From contig NC_135813.1 in the NCBI RefSeq assembly GCF_964213995.1, positions 12,958,001-13,022,000 of the forward strand: 64,000 bases of DNA, read 5' to 3'. Within the stretch, counting starts at the first letter, position 1. Each line of letters opens with the position of its first letter. Of the stretch, positions 24,540 to 36,848 are shown piece after piece. Source of the DNA: Mustelus asterias (Eukaryota). The translations under genes were made by a program, and so were the position numbers. A model generated the notes under the pieces. The model worked only from the letters and a program-made list of their open reading frames with translations, ran no database searches and was not told the origin of the DNA.

Positions 24540-25560
24540 CATTTGTTTCTTAGCTCTAACCAAATAGATTCTGTCGTTGATTCCTCTAGGGCATTCTCTC
24601 TCTCTCTGCAGCATTGTAATATCCTCCTTAACCAAAACGGCCACCCTTTATCCTTTAAAGTCTTTTTCCAGAAATAATTAATATCCAGTCAATTTTTGAG
24701 TCAGGTCTCTGTTACCATTATTTCAGAATCCCTTGCATCTATCTGCACTGGCAGCTCACCAATCTTATTTACAGTGTTCTATGTCTTCACAAAGGGGCAC
24801 CTAAACCTAATTGGAGCCTATTGCATTCCCTCTTATTCTGACCTCACCTAATGCCTTACTATGTCTTTCTCTAATGCTGTATCCTTCCTTCGTGCACTTT
24901 GGTTTTTCTTTCTAATGTTACCTCCTGATTCCTATTGCCCTGCTGCTTTAATGCAACTCCTCCTCAAGAGCACTAGAAAGGACATTGGTCCCATCTCTGC
25001 TGAGGTGACAACTCAAAAGGCATGTACAGAGCATACATTTTACAGAACATGCCTCAATGTCTTAAGAATCCATGGCCTTCCATCTTGCACCATCTCTCCA
25101 GCCATATATTCACCTGCCCTGTCCTATTTCTATACTTGCTGCCAAGAGTAATCTGGAAGTTACTACTTCTAAGGTCCTCCTTGCAAGTTTCCTTCCTGAC
25201 TCTAAAATATGCCTGCAAGAACTCTTCCCTCATTCTACCTACATCATTGGACACAACATAGAGAGATAAAGGCTAAGCCAGCATTATCCTTTTTGATTGC
25301 TTTCCGTACCTACGTCTTAGCTTTTTGTGATTTGCTTATCTGGGCACCTACATCCCTTTTCTCCTCCCCAGTTTCTAGTCTCTTAATAATTTAGAAAATA
25401 TTCTAATTTGTCTTTCTTGAATCCAAAGTGTACAACCTCACACTTCCCCACATTTAACTCTGTCATTGTTTTATCTATACATTTAATTTACGCCTCTTTG
25501 TAGCTTGCTCAGATCGACATTAATTACCTTGTCCCTCCCATGCCTCCTAAATTAGTGTAT
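24540..25560 (-). mobile_element. Degenerate CR1 LINE fragments (ORF1/endonuclease and RT parts)
   Basis: Minus-strand translation gives VNIWLERWCKMEGHGFLRH (CR1 ORF1 esterase-like) plus RT-like remnants. Confidence 0.6.
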
Positions 25561-28500
25561 AAAGTGGGTAAGTGATACAAAGCTTTAACTGAGAGAGGAA
25601 GGAACTTCCAAAAAAAATGAAGTCCTTAAAAGTGAGTTAAAATGGGTGATTTCTGGATTGACAAAGAGTGAGCATCGTGTGCTTGCTATATTGTAGCGCA
25701 GATACTTTCTTGAAATTATAGCAAAAAACATGAAAGAGCAAAAGATCTCTTTTAGGCAGAAGTGTCGGATTTACACATAGTCTGATCATTAATGTCTTCT
25801 CCGCTTGGCTGAAGGGGTTTTGGATAAAGGTTAACAGGTTAATAGGAAAAATACACCTTTCTGCTTGAGTGATGTTGCAGGAAGAGGACGTTTAGTTCCA
25901 CTGACTTATCTGAGCCTCACCTGAAGATTAGTTTTGCCTGTTCAACCCTGCAGTTGCGAGCACACTACTGAAATATTCATTCCACCACAGATCAATGGCT
26001 CATCATCAGACTGCCTACTGGAAATCAGCAAGGTGCGAATACATACAGCTGCGTAGCACCTGACAAACTCAACCACTGGAGGAGAGCATGTGTGATTTCT
26101 GATCGAAGTAGCAGTGGACACATCCTCACCACGTTTTCAAGGTTCAGAGCAGGGATTATTATATTTTTACCATCAATGCTTCGATGCACTTTTAGGTCGA
26201 AGGTTCATGCCAAAGTTATGACACCACATTGTGTGTTTATGGAGGGACACAGAATATCCATCCGTACGTATTTTGTGACATACTAAATACTCAATGATTC
26301 TGAATGCAATGTCATACATGCTAGCCCTCTGTTTACCATCTTTCTTGAATTGATAGAGGTTTCACATTTTGGAAAATAACTGTGCTCTCCTAATGAAATG
26401 TCCCACTTGGAGCGAATGGAATCAAAGGTTATGGGGAGAAAGCAGGATTAGGCTATTGAGTTGGACGATCAGTCATGATCGTAATGAACGGTGCAGCAGG
26501 CTCGAAGGGCCAAATGGCCTCCTCCTATCTTCTATGTAAATTCCATTTTTAAAATTCAACGTTAACAGCTCCTGTAAAAAGTTGCAACTTTTTCAACAAA
26601 GAATATATTTTCCTAGATATATATCTGTCTTGCATATTACATTAGTAACTCTTGTTTAAAATAAAGAATTTGATATGATACATAGCGTGAGGGGCTTACC
26701 ATTACCTAAGTTGGAGTGCAAGAACAGCTCCAATTTCTGTGAGGTTGTTGAGGATCAGTAAGTTCCCTCCCTCGACTTTGGTTCAGTTGGGTCGTGGTTA
26801 GTCAGGAATCATATCATTAATGAAGGACACATGCTGACAGTATTCGTACAACAGTTCCAACCTTCACCTTTAAGTTACTTTATGTTGAATCAAACTCTCT
26901 TTCCCAATAGATTTGTATCAATGACAGTAATAATTAAGTTATATAAGAAGCTGATTTGGGTAAAACCAAATGACAGCTGTATCTTCTGAGATCGTAAGAT
27001 TAGTCATAATCCTACTATTTCAAGATTACTGGGAAGTTGCACTTTTCCACCCTTCTTTCTCTTACATCTGGTTTTGAATGCAAACATTTGTGCTGAACAA
27101 AATACATAGGTTAAATTTAATACCATCCATAGATTACTGTGGGTCAGTGCAGAGATCCAACATTTAGCCGCGCCCTCTGGGATTGCAAGAACTGTCATGG
27201 TCTTCTAGATTATTATTCGGATACAGAAGCTTAACTGGAGTACTTACAGGAAGAAGGCCTCTTGCTACAGGCCCACCAACAGTCAATGATATGTTGGAAT
27301 GAAATATGTGACGGTAAATGTCAGAAATCGTGTGTGTAGTGTCTGATCTTCAATTGGCCTTTATATCTTTTGTAGATGATTTTGTTGAGAATCGGTCTTC
27401 ATGTCTCTCACAGCTGCTCCTCCCTTAACAGGTGGATACTTACAGGCTTCCTTCAGGTTTTCTGTACTGCCTTTGGCTATAATGGTAAACATGGTACACA
27501 GGGTGGAGATGATTCTGCAGGGTACTGGGAAGTGGAGGAAGAATTTCTATGGGAGTCAGTTTATAGTTATGTTTTCAGAACATTGGAGGGCTCCAGAGGT
27601 AGTGCCTAATTTGAATATAGCAGGATCAATTATGTTGGAGTGAGGCAATTTGTCAAATAATTGGTGGATGAAAATACTCTGGCCCTCATGGAAAACTTGG
27701 CTGAACCTGGAGATGATAGGTGCCTTCTCCATGACCAACGTGCCTATTGGAAAGTAGCCTCTGCTGAGAACTGAAGAAATAGCTGATCTGTCCTTTCTGT
27801 TGACAGAAAATTCTTGAAGCGCATGACACATCTATTTCATTTCAGATCTTCAGCTACTGTTTCTCTTTTTTGTTCTCTATTTGAATTCAAGATCTTAAAC
27901 TTGATGAATTATGAAAACAGAATAAATGATATGCAAAGGAAAGCAGACTTATCCACCCAAATATTTCAAAGTTCTTTAAATACAATAAATTACTTTGAAA
28001 TGCAAAGATTTGTCATGTAGACATAAACATAATGGGCACTTTATTTCGTTAGGTAGAGTCATGAAACCGCCATCTCCTTGACTGTTGGTCAATGTTGCCT
28101 TCAACTTGTTGGACACATTTTACCAGTCATCAAATGGACATTAGCTGCAGTACTCAATGGGAGAATAGGAGTAGGAAAAATTGACTGCAGCAATTCCACC
28201 TTGCAAAAATACACATCTCTTATCATGAATAATCCCACAACACTGAAGCAAGGAGCAGAGTAGCATGGAAGCTTTAAAAAGAGAAAGGCTGTTGGGGGGG
28301 GGGGGGGTGGTGGGGGTAGGGCAAGAGGAGCTCTCACAACAGAAGGCTATGGTCAGAAAATGAAGCTGTTTACTGAAGGTTGATGACTTAATCATGCGAT
28401 CAATACTATTCACATCACTGGAAGAGCGAGCCACGAACGTTGATGAAAAATGTATGAGTTTGCAGGCAGGACTGGGAATAGAAAATTAAAACCTTCACAG

Positions 28501-29096
28501 CTACATATGGTCCAATATCATCAGGAAAATTAAGTACAGAATTTTCTGTCTGTGAAAATCCCAGCCTTTTAATTAAACTCCTGTTTGTTTTGCTTCACCT
28601 TTTAATAAAAAAAGGATTTGTTAACCTTTTACATTAATAAATGACGTGACAAAACAAAAAAGTCGGCACAATATATGAAATGGTGACTGTTCCCTTGAGC
28701 ATATCTGGAAGGAATGGGATGTGACAAATGCAATAGTGAAAGAGAGAGAGAAAAAGAAAGTCATATGATAGCAAAGAGGTAGTTAACTAGGTTGAGAATT
28801 TCTGCCTGTAGTTTTGTCCTTCAATCTTCAAAGCAAGGTAGACACCAGACCTACATACCTTGCCACTGAAGTAAAATTCAAGCTTCTGAACTAAGGAATT
28901 GCATTCTCCGGAGAGCATTTAGCCACCTGTTCGTTTTAAATGAGTTGATCTCAAAAATGCAAATACAATTCCACTAAAAGCAATGTTTCAATTCGGATCC
29001 AAACTGCTAATGAGTCTTTAACAAAGAAAAACAGATTCCTCTCCACTTATTTTCTCCCTGCAGAAAGAGGGCAGGGAAGTAAAATTATCTTGCAAT

Positions 29097-29235
29097 AAAA
29101 ACCAAAACGCAGGAAATGCTCAGCAGGTCAGGCAGCATTTGTGGAAACAGAATTAATGTTTCAAGTCGCTGACCTTTCACCAGAACAGATTTGTGTTTAT
29201 TTCAGATTTCCAGCATTTGCAGTATTTTGATTTTG
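29097..29235. mobile_element. Penelope-derived-like repeat (family 2) with decayed hammerhead
   Basis: Minus strand CTGGTGA-AAGGTCAGCGACTT-GAAA-CA-TT; partially inverted ends. Confidence 0.55.
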
Positions 29236-29420
29236 TAAATTGTTTTGTAAATTGGCATCAAGATGTGTGAACAATATGCCTGAGTCAAACAAAGTGTCAA
29301 TGTGCCTCTTAAGCCTTTTACATGCAAAATGTTTTTTCCCCCCTCAAGTTGCAACAAAAACAAGTGTGTGTATGAAGCAGCAGTCAAAACCTGCATGTAT
29401 TTTCTGGTAAGGGAATCTTT

Positions 29421-29716
29421 TCATAGAATTGTACAGTGCAGAAGGAGGCCATTCAGCCCATTAAGTCTGCATCAGCCACAACCCATCCAGGCCCTATCCC
29501 CATGCATTTACCCCAGCTAGCCCCCAACATGAAGGAGCAATTTTTTAAGCATGGCCAGTCAACCTAACCTGCACATCTTTGGACTGTGGGAGGAAACCAG
29601 TGCACCCGGAGGAAACCCACACAGACACGGAGAACGTGCAAACTCCACACAGATAGTGACCCAAGCCAGGAATCGAACCCAGGTCCCTGATGCTGTGAGG
29701 CAGCAGTGCTAACCAC
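29421..29716 (-). mobile_element. HE1-like SINE, CR1-type tail
   Basis: Family head, core and tail on the minus strand. Confidence 0.85.
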
Positions 29717-30339
29717 ATGCTTCCCCCCCCCCCCCCGCCCCCCCCCAAAAGTGTTCTTCCAAGTTTTTAAAAAGTGAAATAATTGTATCTTCAGACTTCT
29801 GAAATTCAAAATTAGTTTCAAAGGAGATTATGTGCGGCTAAATTAAAGTCAAAATTGGAAGTCTAAAAGTTTGCTTTTTTATCAAGCACAATTTAATTTT
29901 CATAAAGCTGGCTTGACGTACAGACATAATCAAATATGGATTTATACCTTTAAACAATCTGAGTGAAATATTATAGAGCACCTATATATTGTATAAGATG
30001 GCGAAAGCCCTTTTTCCTTGTACTATGCATAGTGGTCGTTAGCCTGTATGTGTGCTAATGATCATGGAATTATTAATTTTGCATTTTATCCCAAACCTGC
30101 TGATTGATTTGCATTATCCTCTCACTGCTGCATAATTTCAGTGTTTGAGCTTTACAATCTATGACAGACAAAGCACACTGGGTTTCCAATGATGGAAATC
30201 TTCATTCTGGCAGGTTTTCAATGATTTTTGATTACAGCAGCTGATTGTCCCTAGCCCCTTAGAATTGGTAGATATGGGACTATATGCACCATGGACCATT
30301 AAGAGGAAATAATTCGTTTGCTTGAAATAATCTTAAATT

Positions 30340-31205
30340 TAAGTTTATTTTATTAGTCACAAGTAATTTGTGACACTAATAAAATTACTAATAACACAAA
30401 GGAAATTGGGCATGTAAGCTACGACTCTCACCAACTTTTACAGATGCACCATAGAAAGCATTCTTTCTGGTTGTATCACAGCTTGGTATGGCTCCTGCTC
30501 TGCCCAAGACCGCAAGAAACTACAAAATGTTGTGAGTGTAGCCCAATCCATCACGCAAACCAGCCTCCCATCCATTGACTCTGTCTACACTTCCCGATGC
30601 CTCGGCAAAGCAGCCAGCATAATTAAGGACCCCATGCATCCCAGACATTCTCTCTTCCACCTTCTTCCTTCAGGAAAAAGATACAAAAGTCTGAGGTCAT
30701 GTACCAACTAACTCAAGAACAGCTTCTTCCCTGCTGCTGTCAGACTTTTGAATGGACTTACCTTGCATTATGTTGATCTTTCTCTACATCCTAGCTATGA
30801 CTGTAACACTACATTCTGCACTCTCTCATTTCCTTCTCTATGAACGGTATGTTTTGTCTGTATAGCGCGCAATAAACAATACTTTTCACTATGTGTTAAT
30901 ACCTGTGACAATAATAGATCAAATCAAATCAAGTAACGTTTACACTAACACTGCAATGAAGTTACTGTGAAAAACCCCTAGTCACCGTATTCTTGCGCCT
31001 GTTCGGGTACACGGAGGGAAAATTTAGTACGGCCAGTGTAACCAACCAGCACATCTTTCGGACTGTGGGAGATAAACTGGGGCACCCGGAGAAAACCCAC
31101 ACAGACACGGGGAGAAGATGCAAAGACCACACAGACAGTCACCCGAGGCCTGAATGGAAACCGGCCCCTGGAGCTGTGAGACAGCAGTGCTAACCACTGT
31201 GCCAC
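30340..31205 (-). mobile_element. HE1-like SINE (Rex-like tail) split by a Rex1/Babar insertion
   Basis: Tail end at 30340-30366 and remainder at 30930-31205. Confidence 0.8.
30400..30929 (+). mobile_element. Rex1/Babar-type LINE, 5' truncated
   Basis: Translates TLTNFYRCTIESILSGCITAWYGSCSAQDRKKLQ...HSLFHLLPSGKRY...NSFFPAAVRLLN; (ATCAA)n tail; TSD CAAGTAA at 30360-30366 and 30930-30936. Confidence 0.85.
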
Positions 31206-31856
31206 TTAACACATATGCTCAAATCCCAGCATGTTATTAGCATTTGTGTTCTCTTAAATTAGAAGTACACAGTCGGTCAGGTTGAGGGCTGCAGTTTTAT
31301 GCAGTGATTTGCTCAATTACCTCTCCTATTTTATCTCCTGTCGTCTTCCTGTCCTACATACCTGACTCAACCAAGAGGATGGATTGGAGACGTGCATAAA
31401 AAGATGCGCCTCACCTATCGGCTTCCTGCAATAGCATTCTTTAAATTTCTTTCTCATTTTCCATCCCCAGTGTCAAAGATGTGTGCGTAATTGGATTCAA
31501 GTAACACTGGTTGACTGAATTTTGCAATCTCATGTCTTCATGAAGAAATGGCAGCTGGGCAACATGGAAAAGAATGGAGGTGCTTTTTCTGAGAGCACAT
31601 TTCAGCAATACAGCCTTCCGGAGTTCAGTTTCTAGCCTATTTTCTTGGGTGAATAAAATGTTTGTTAAAAAAGTTTCAAAACCCTAAAAAAAAAGCCAAA
31701 AATATATGATAGATGTCTGATTTCATTTATTTATGTTTTATTTTATTTCCATCGCTGTGCACCAAATGCAACTTCCACAATAGTAGTAGATCCTTTATCT
31801 GACTTTCCATTCTGATTATACGTTTTAGACCCACTCCAGGGCTTGAATGACCAAGG

Positions 31857-32210
31857 AATGTCCATTGATATTGCTAGACTATTATCCAGAAACTCAGTTA
31901 ATGTTCTGGGGACCTGGGTTCGAATCCTGCCACGGCAGATGGTGGATTTTGAATTTGATAAAAAATATCTGGAATTATTGGTCTACTGATGACCGTGAAA
32001 CCATTGTCGATTGTCGGAAAAACCTCATCTGGTTGACAAATGTCCTTTAGGGAAGGAAAGCTGCCGTCCCTACCTGGTCAGGCCTACATGTGACTCCAGA
32101 GTCACAGCAATGTGGTTGACTCTCAACTGCCCTCCAAGGGCAACCAGGGATGGGCAATAAATGCTGGCCAGCCAGCAACGCCTGTGTCCCACGAATGAAT
32201 AAAAAAAAAA
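31857..32210 (+). mobile_element. SacSINE1-like Deu-domain SINE
   Basis: tRNA-like head with GGGTTCGAATCC; tail GGGCAATAAATGCTGGCCAGCCAGC...GAATGAATAAAAAA. Confidence 0.8.
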
Positions 32211-32457
32211 ACAGCCTAACAGGTATCAACTTGTAAATCCTTCCAAAATACAGCAAAGGCAGGTACTAAAAGCAGGAGAGATTCCTGTCAGCTTCCTGAT
32301 GTAAAGAGATTGGAGCATCCACCATCACTATCTTTAACTCCAGGCTAAACATGCATGTAAAAGCGTATGTTGCCACAACTGTTGGCTCAGTTAGCTGGAT
32401 AGCCAGTGTGGATCAGATTGGTGCCAATAGCATGAAGTCTGACCCCCTTTCCAGGTG

Positions 32458-32729
32458 TTGGGAGTCAATCACATTGCTGTGGCTCTGGAGTCACATGTAG
32501 ACCAGACCAGATTTCCTTCCCTAAAGGAAATTCGTGAACCAGATGGGTTTTTCTGACAATCAGGAATGGGTTTCATGGTCATCAGTAGATTCTTAATTCC
32601 AGATTTTTTTTTATTGAATTCAAATTCCACAATTTGCCGTGGCGGGATTCGAACCCGGGTCCCCAGAAGATTAGCTGAGTTTCTGGATTAATCGTCTAAT
32701 GATAATACCACTAGGCCATCGCCTCCCCC
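32458..32729 (-). mobile_element. SacSINE1-like SINE, 3' truncated
   Basis: Reverse complement of the 31857 and 41397 copies. Confidence 0.8.
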
Positions 32730-32734
32730 GACTT

Positions 32735-33470
32735 CTAAATTTGCTGATGATACGAAGATAGGCAGGAAAGTAAGTTGTGAAGAGGACACCAGGAGGCTAC
32801 ATGGGGACAAAGATCTGGCAAATGGAATATTGTGCAAGAAAATATGAAATTATCCATTTTGGCAGGAAGAATAAAAAAAGCATATTATCTCATTAGAGTG
32901 CAGAGCTCTGAGATTCAGAGTGATCTGGGTGTCCCATGCATGAATCACAAAAGGCTACTACGCAACTATGGAAAGTAATTTAGAAAGCAAATAGAATGTT
33001 ATTGTTTATTGCGAGGGGAATTGAATATAAAAAAAAGCAGGGACGTTATGCTTCAGTTAGACAGGACACGGGTGGACCATATCTGGAGCACTGTGTAGGA
33101 TATTAGTCTCCTTTTTTAAAAGATGTAGATGCATTAGTAGCTGTTCAGGTGAGGTTGACAAAACTAATAGGCAACTAAACTAATGGGCAGGTTGTCAAAC
33201 CAGGAGAGATTGGACAGGCTAGACTTGTATCACTGGAGTTTAGAAGAGACATGACATGATTGAAGCATATATAGATCCTGAGGGATCTTGACAGGGTGGA
33301 TGTGGAGAAGGTGTTTCCTCTTGTGGGAGAATCTAGAACCAGGGGTCAGAGTTTAAAAATAAGGGGTTGCCCATTTAAGATAGAGGCGAGAAGATTTTTT
33401 TTCTCTTGGAGTGATCATTTGGAACTCCCTCAAAAGACAGTGGAAGACAAGTATTTGAATATTTTTGAGG
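32735..33470 (+). mobile_element. Degenerate CR1 LINE fragment
   Basis: KFADDTKIG motif and VDVEKVFPLVGESRTRGQSLKIRG. Confidence 0.85.
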
Positions 33471-34605
33471 CAGTACAGCCGGACATCTCTGTCCAGACTT
33501 ACATTATCAAGTTTATAGTTTGAGAATATCTGACTCAATAGCTTTGTCGAGTTTGTGAAACTCACATGACTTTGTTTTGGCAAAATCAAGGATACCAAGC
33601 AGATAATGGTTATAAAACTAAATGATAAGGCCATGATATTAATTGCATTCACTACTTCAAGAGATCCTTTGAACGTGATGGCTTGGTCCTAACGCTATTG
33701 ATAACTTATTCTGTCACACTTTCCGTCGGCTGTCAATCAAGTTGATAATTAAATCCTGTGAATTTTAACCCTTTCTGATCCATTTTAAATAGAGATTATT
33801 AAAGATGAGTGGGGAAAGGGACGCATAACAGATTCAGTTATTGTTGGGAATTGATCGCATAGCTGGCTTACGAAGGCTGCAAATCTGAAACTTCCAACGA
33901 ATGCAGGAGACTTAGACTTTCTCTGTGCTACATTTTCTCTGTGCTCTACAAGTTAATTGAGCAGATGCTATCACTGAGGTAATAATGCTGTTCAAAGCTA
34001 TTACAATAATTGTACACTCCCCCTATGGATGACATAGACACAACTTAATTGTCGAACTCATGCATTGGAGACAACTAAGCTCCTATTGTAAAACCCCTGT
34101 GACTGAAAATGCAATTACAGTTCAGCATTTCACATTCAATTAATTTGGAGCCTGAGTAAAGTGACAGGCCGTGACTGAGAAAACAGGCCTAACGGCAGCT
34201 GCCCAGATTACAGAAATAGTTATCTCCACTCTACTGATGTGCTTCAGATACCAACCGATTGCATTGATTATATGACATTTACCCCCATTTTAAACACAAG
34301 GTTTAAACTCAATATACAATTCAGTTTCAAATTTGCACTTTTGATTGAAATAATGTAGAGATATTAAGGGTGTTGAGTTATTTAATTCCAGTCATAGCTC
34401 TGATTGGATACTCCTATCTGTTTATAGTGAAACTAATTTCAGCAAATGTAGATTGACCTCACAATGATATAAAATGGATAATGTGAATACCTCTAGTAAA
34501 TGGAAGTTATTTTTACACTGTTGTCGATGCCTTGAGGGCACTTACTGGGATGGTCTTCCGCATTCACCTAATATTTCTCTAGGCTGTGTGAAACAGTAAT
34601 GTTAT

Positions 34606-35550
34606 AACATGATATATATAAATGATTTGGAAGAAGGTGTAACTGGTGTTATCAGCAAGTTTGCGGATGACACAAAGATGGCTGGACTTGCGGATAGCGA
34701 TGAACATTGTCGGGCAATACAGCAGGATATAGATAGGCTGGAAAATTGGGCGGAGAGGTGGCAGATGGAATTTGATCCGGATAAATGCGATGTGATGCAT
34801 TTTGGAAGAAATAATGTAGGGAGGAGTTATACAATAAATGGCAGAGTCATCAAAAGTATAGAAACACAGAGGGACCTAGGTGTGCAAGTCCACAAATCCT
34901 TGAAGGTGGCAACACAGGTGGAGAAGGTGGTGAAGAAGGCATATGGTATGTTTGCCTTTATAGGATGGGGTATAGAGTATAAAAGCTGGAGTCTGATGAT
35001 GCAGCTGTATAGAACGCTGGTTAGGCCACATTTGGAGTACTGCGTCCAGTTCTGGTCGCCGCACTACCAGAAGGACGTGAAGGCGTTAGAGAGAGTGCAG
35101 AGAAGGTTTACCAGGATGTTGCCTGGTAAACCGTCTTAGCTATGAGGAGAGATTGGGTAAATTGGGGTTGTTTTCCCTCGAAAGACGGAGAATGAGGGGA
35201 GATCTAGTAGAGGTGTACAAGATTATGAAGGGGATAGATAGGGTGAATGGTGGGAAACTTTTTCCCAGATCAGAAGCGACGATCACGAGGGGTCACAGGC
35301 TCAAGGTGAGAGGGGCGAAGTATAACTCAGATATTAGAGGGATGTTTTTTTACACAGAGGGTGGTGGGGGCCTGGGATGCGCTGCCAAGTAGGGTGGTGG
35401 AGGCTGACATCGTTTAAGACTTACCTGGATAGTCACATGAGCAGCCTGGGAATTGAGGGATACAAACGATTGGTCTAGTTGGACCAAGAGCGGCACAGGT
35501 TTGGAGGGCCGAAGGGCCTGTTTCCTGTGCTGTACTGTTCTTTGTTCTAT
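34606..35550 (+). mobile_element. Young 5'-truncated CR1 LINE (RT C-terminus plus 3' tail)
   Basis: ORF 34609..35139 IYINDL...SKFADDTK...RPHLEYCVQFWSP, continued after a frameshift by 35153..35392; CR1 tail. Confidence 0.95.
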
Positions 35551-35947
35551 GACATCTCTTCATAGCAAACTGTAATATGTGTGCATGACGGTGTTATGCC
35601 AAGATAGTAGTTACTCTCGCTGAATTAGCCAAATTATTGGCTCTAAGAAGGCACCTACTCAGGAGGATTTAAAAAAAATGATCCTCTTGTCCACTGTCCA
35701 AAAAGTCTGACAGGTTTATTTTCATGCAACTGTTGATCGCTCAAGACCAATGTTGAGAGCTTGTGGCTGAGGAACAACATAAAGCAACTTTCATTAAGAT
35801 GTCACATTGGGAATTTTAAATTGTCTATTAGAGGTGTACAATGTTAGCTTTAAATAACTGCTCTGTTACTTGAGTGGTTTTGGGGTCGACTCTTTGCACA
35901 TCTTCTAAACTTCCAATCTACTTAACCAATCTTCAAGGTTGGTTAAT

Positions 35948-36116
35948 TCCAAAGATGTGCGGATCAGCCGGATTCACCAAGCTGAATTGCCGCTGGGTGT
36001 CAGGGGGTTTAGCAGGGTAAATACGTGGGGTTATGGGGATAGAGCTTGGGTGGGATTGTTGTCGGTCCAGGCTTGATGAGCCGAATGGCCTTTTTCTGCA
36101 CTATAGGGATTCTATG
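35948..36116 (+). mobile_element. HE1-like SINE 3' half, CR1-type tail
   Basis: CCAAAGATGTGCGG...TCTGCACTATAGGGATTCTATG. Confidence 0.75.
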
Positions 36117-36848
36117 AACTCAAACATTCTCTTTACACGCAAAAGCTGCACAATTTGGTTATTTTGTGCAGGCATATGATAAAACAGAAATGAGGAGCAA
36201 ACTTTATTGTAAAGACAGAGGTAATTTTTGACTTTACTTCAAATTGAATACTTGTTCAGAAGTTGTAAATTTGAGTTTTTAGTGGATCTCTAGAATAGAT
36301 GGTGTCAATTCAGGGTCTGATCAGTATTTCATTGTTACGCATTAATTCAAATTGTGGTCATCAATTGTGCTTCATTTATTAGGATTTTAAAACATTATTT
36401 ACTCTTCAGACGAGTCAAGAATGAAAACAGGATGCAATCCACCATTACCATTTTTTATCTTAACATTCAATAACATTAATATTTGAAATGTTATATCTAG
36501 ATTAGTATACCAATTTTTCCACTCTCAGTTTAGGCTTACAATTATAGAATGGTCTTTCACTATCCGCACAGTCCACTACACTTCCAAGTTTTGAGCCATC
36601 TGCAAATTTTGAAATTGTGACCTGTACACCCAAGAATAAGGAATTAAAATATAATTAAGAAAAAATGGTCCTGCTACGGAACCTGTACCCTCAAGTTTCA
36701 GAAAGCAAAAGTTTACCAATACTCTTGGTTTCCTGTCACTTATCAAACTCCCTATGCTGATATCCCGAGTATTTACTGTTGGCTAATTTTCACTTATGAC
36801 CTCTGGTTTACTTTCTTAGCACACTGAAGCAAATAAAAACACAAAATA

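Noticed and set aside
27376-27831. Overlapping ORFs on both strands
   Set aside because: Looks like a decayed LINE remnant; no coherent gene model.
34609-35392. Longest ORF in the window as a host gene
   Set aside because: Truncated, frameshifted CR1 reverse transcriptase.
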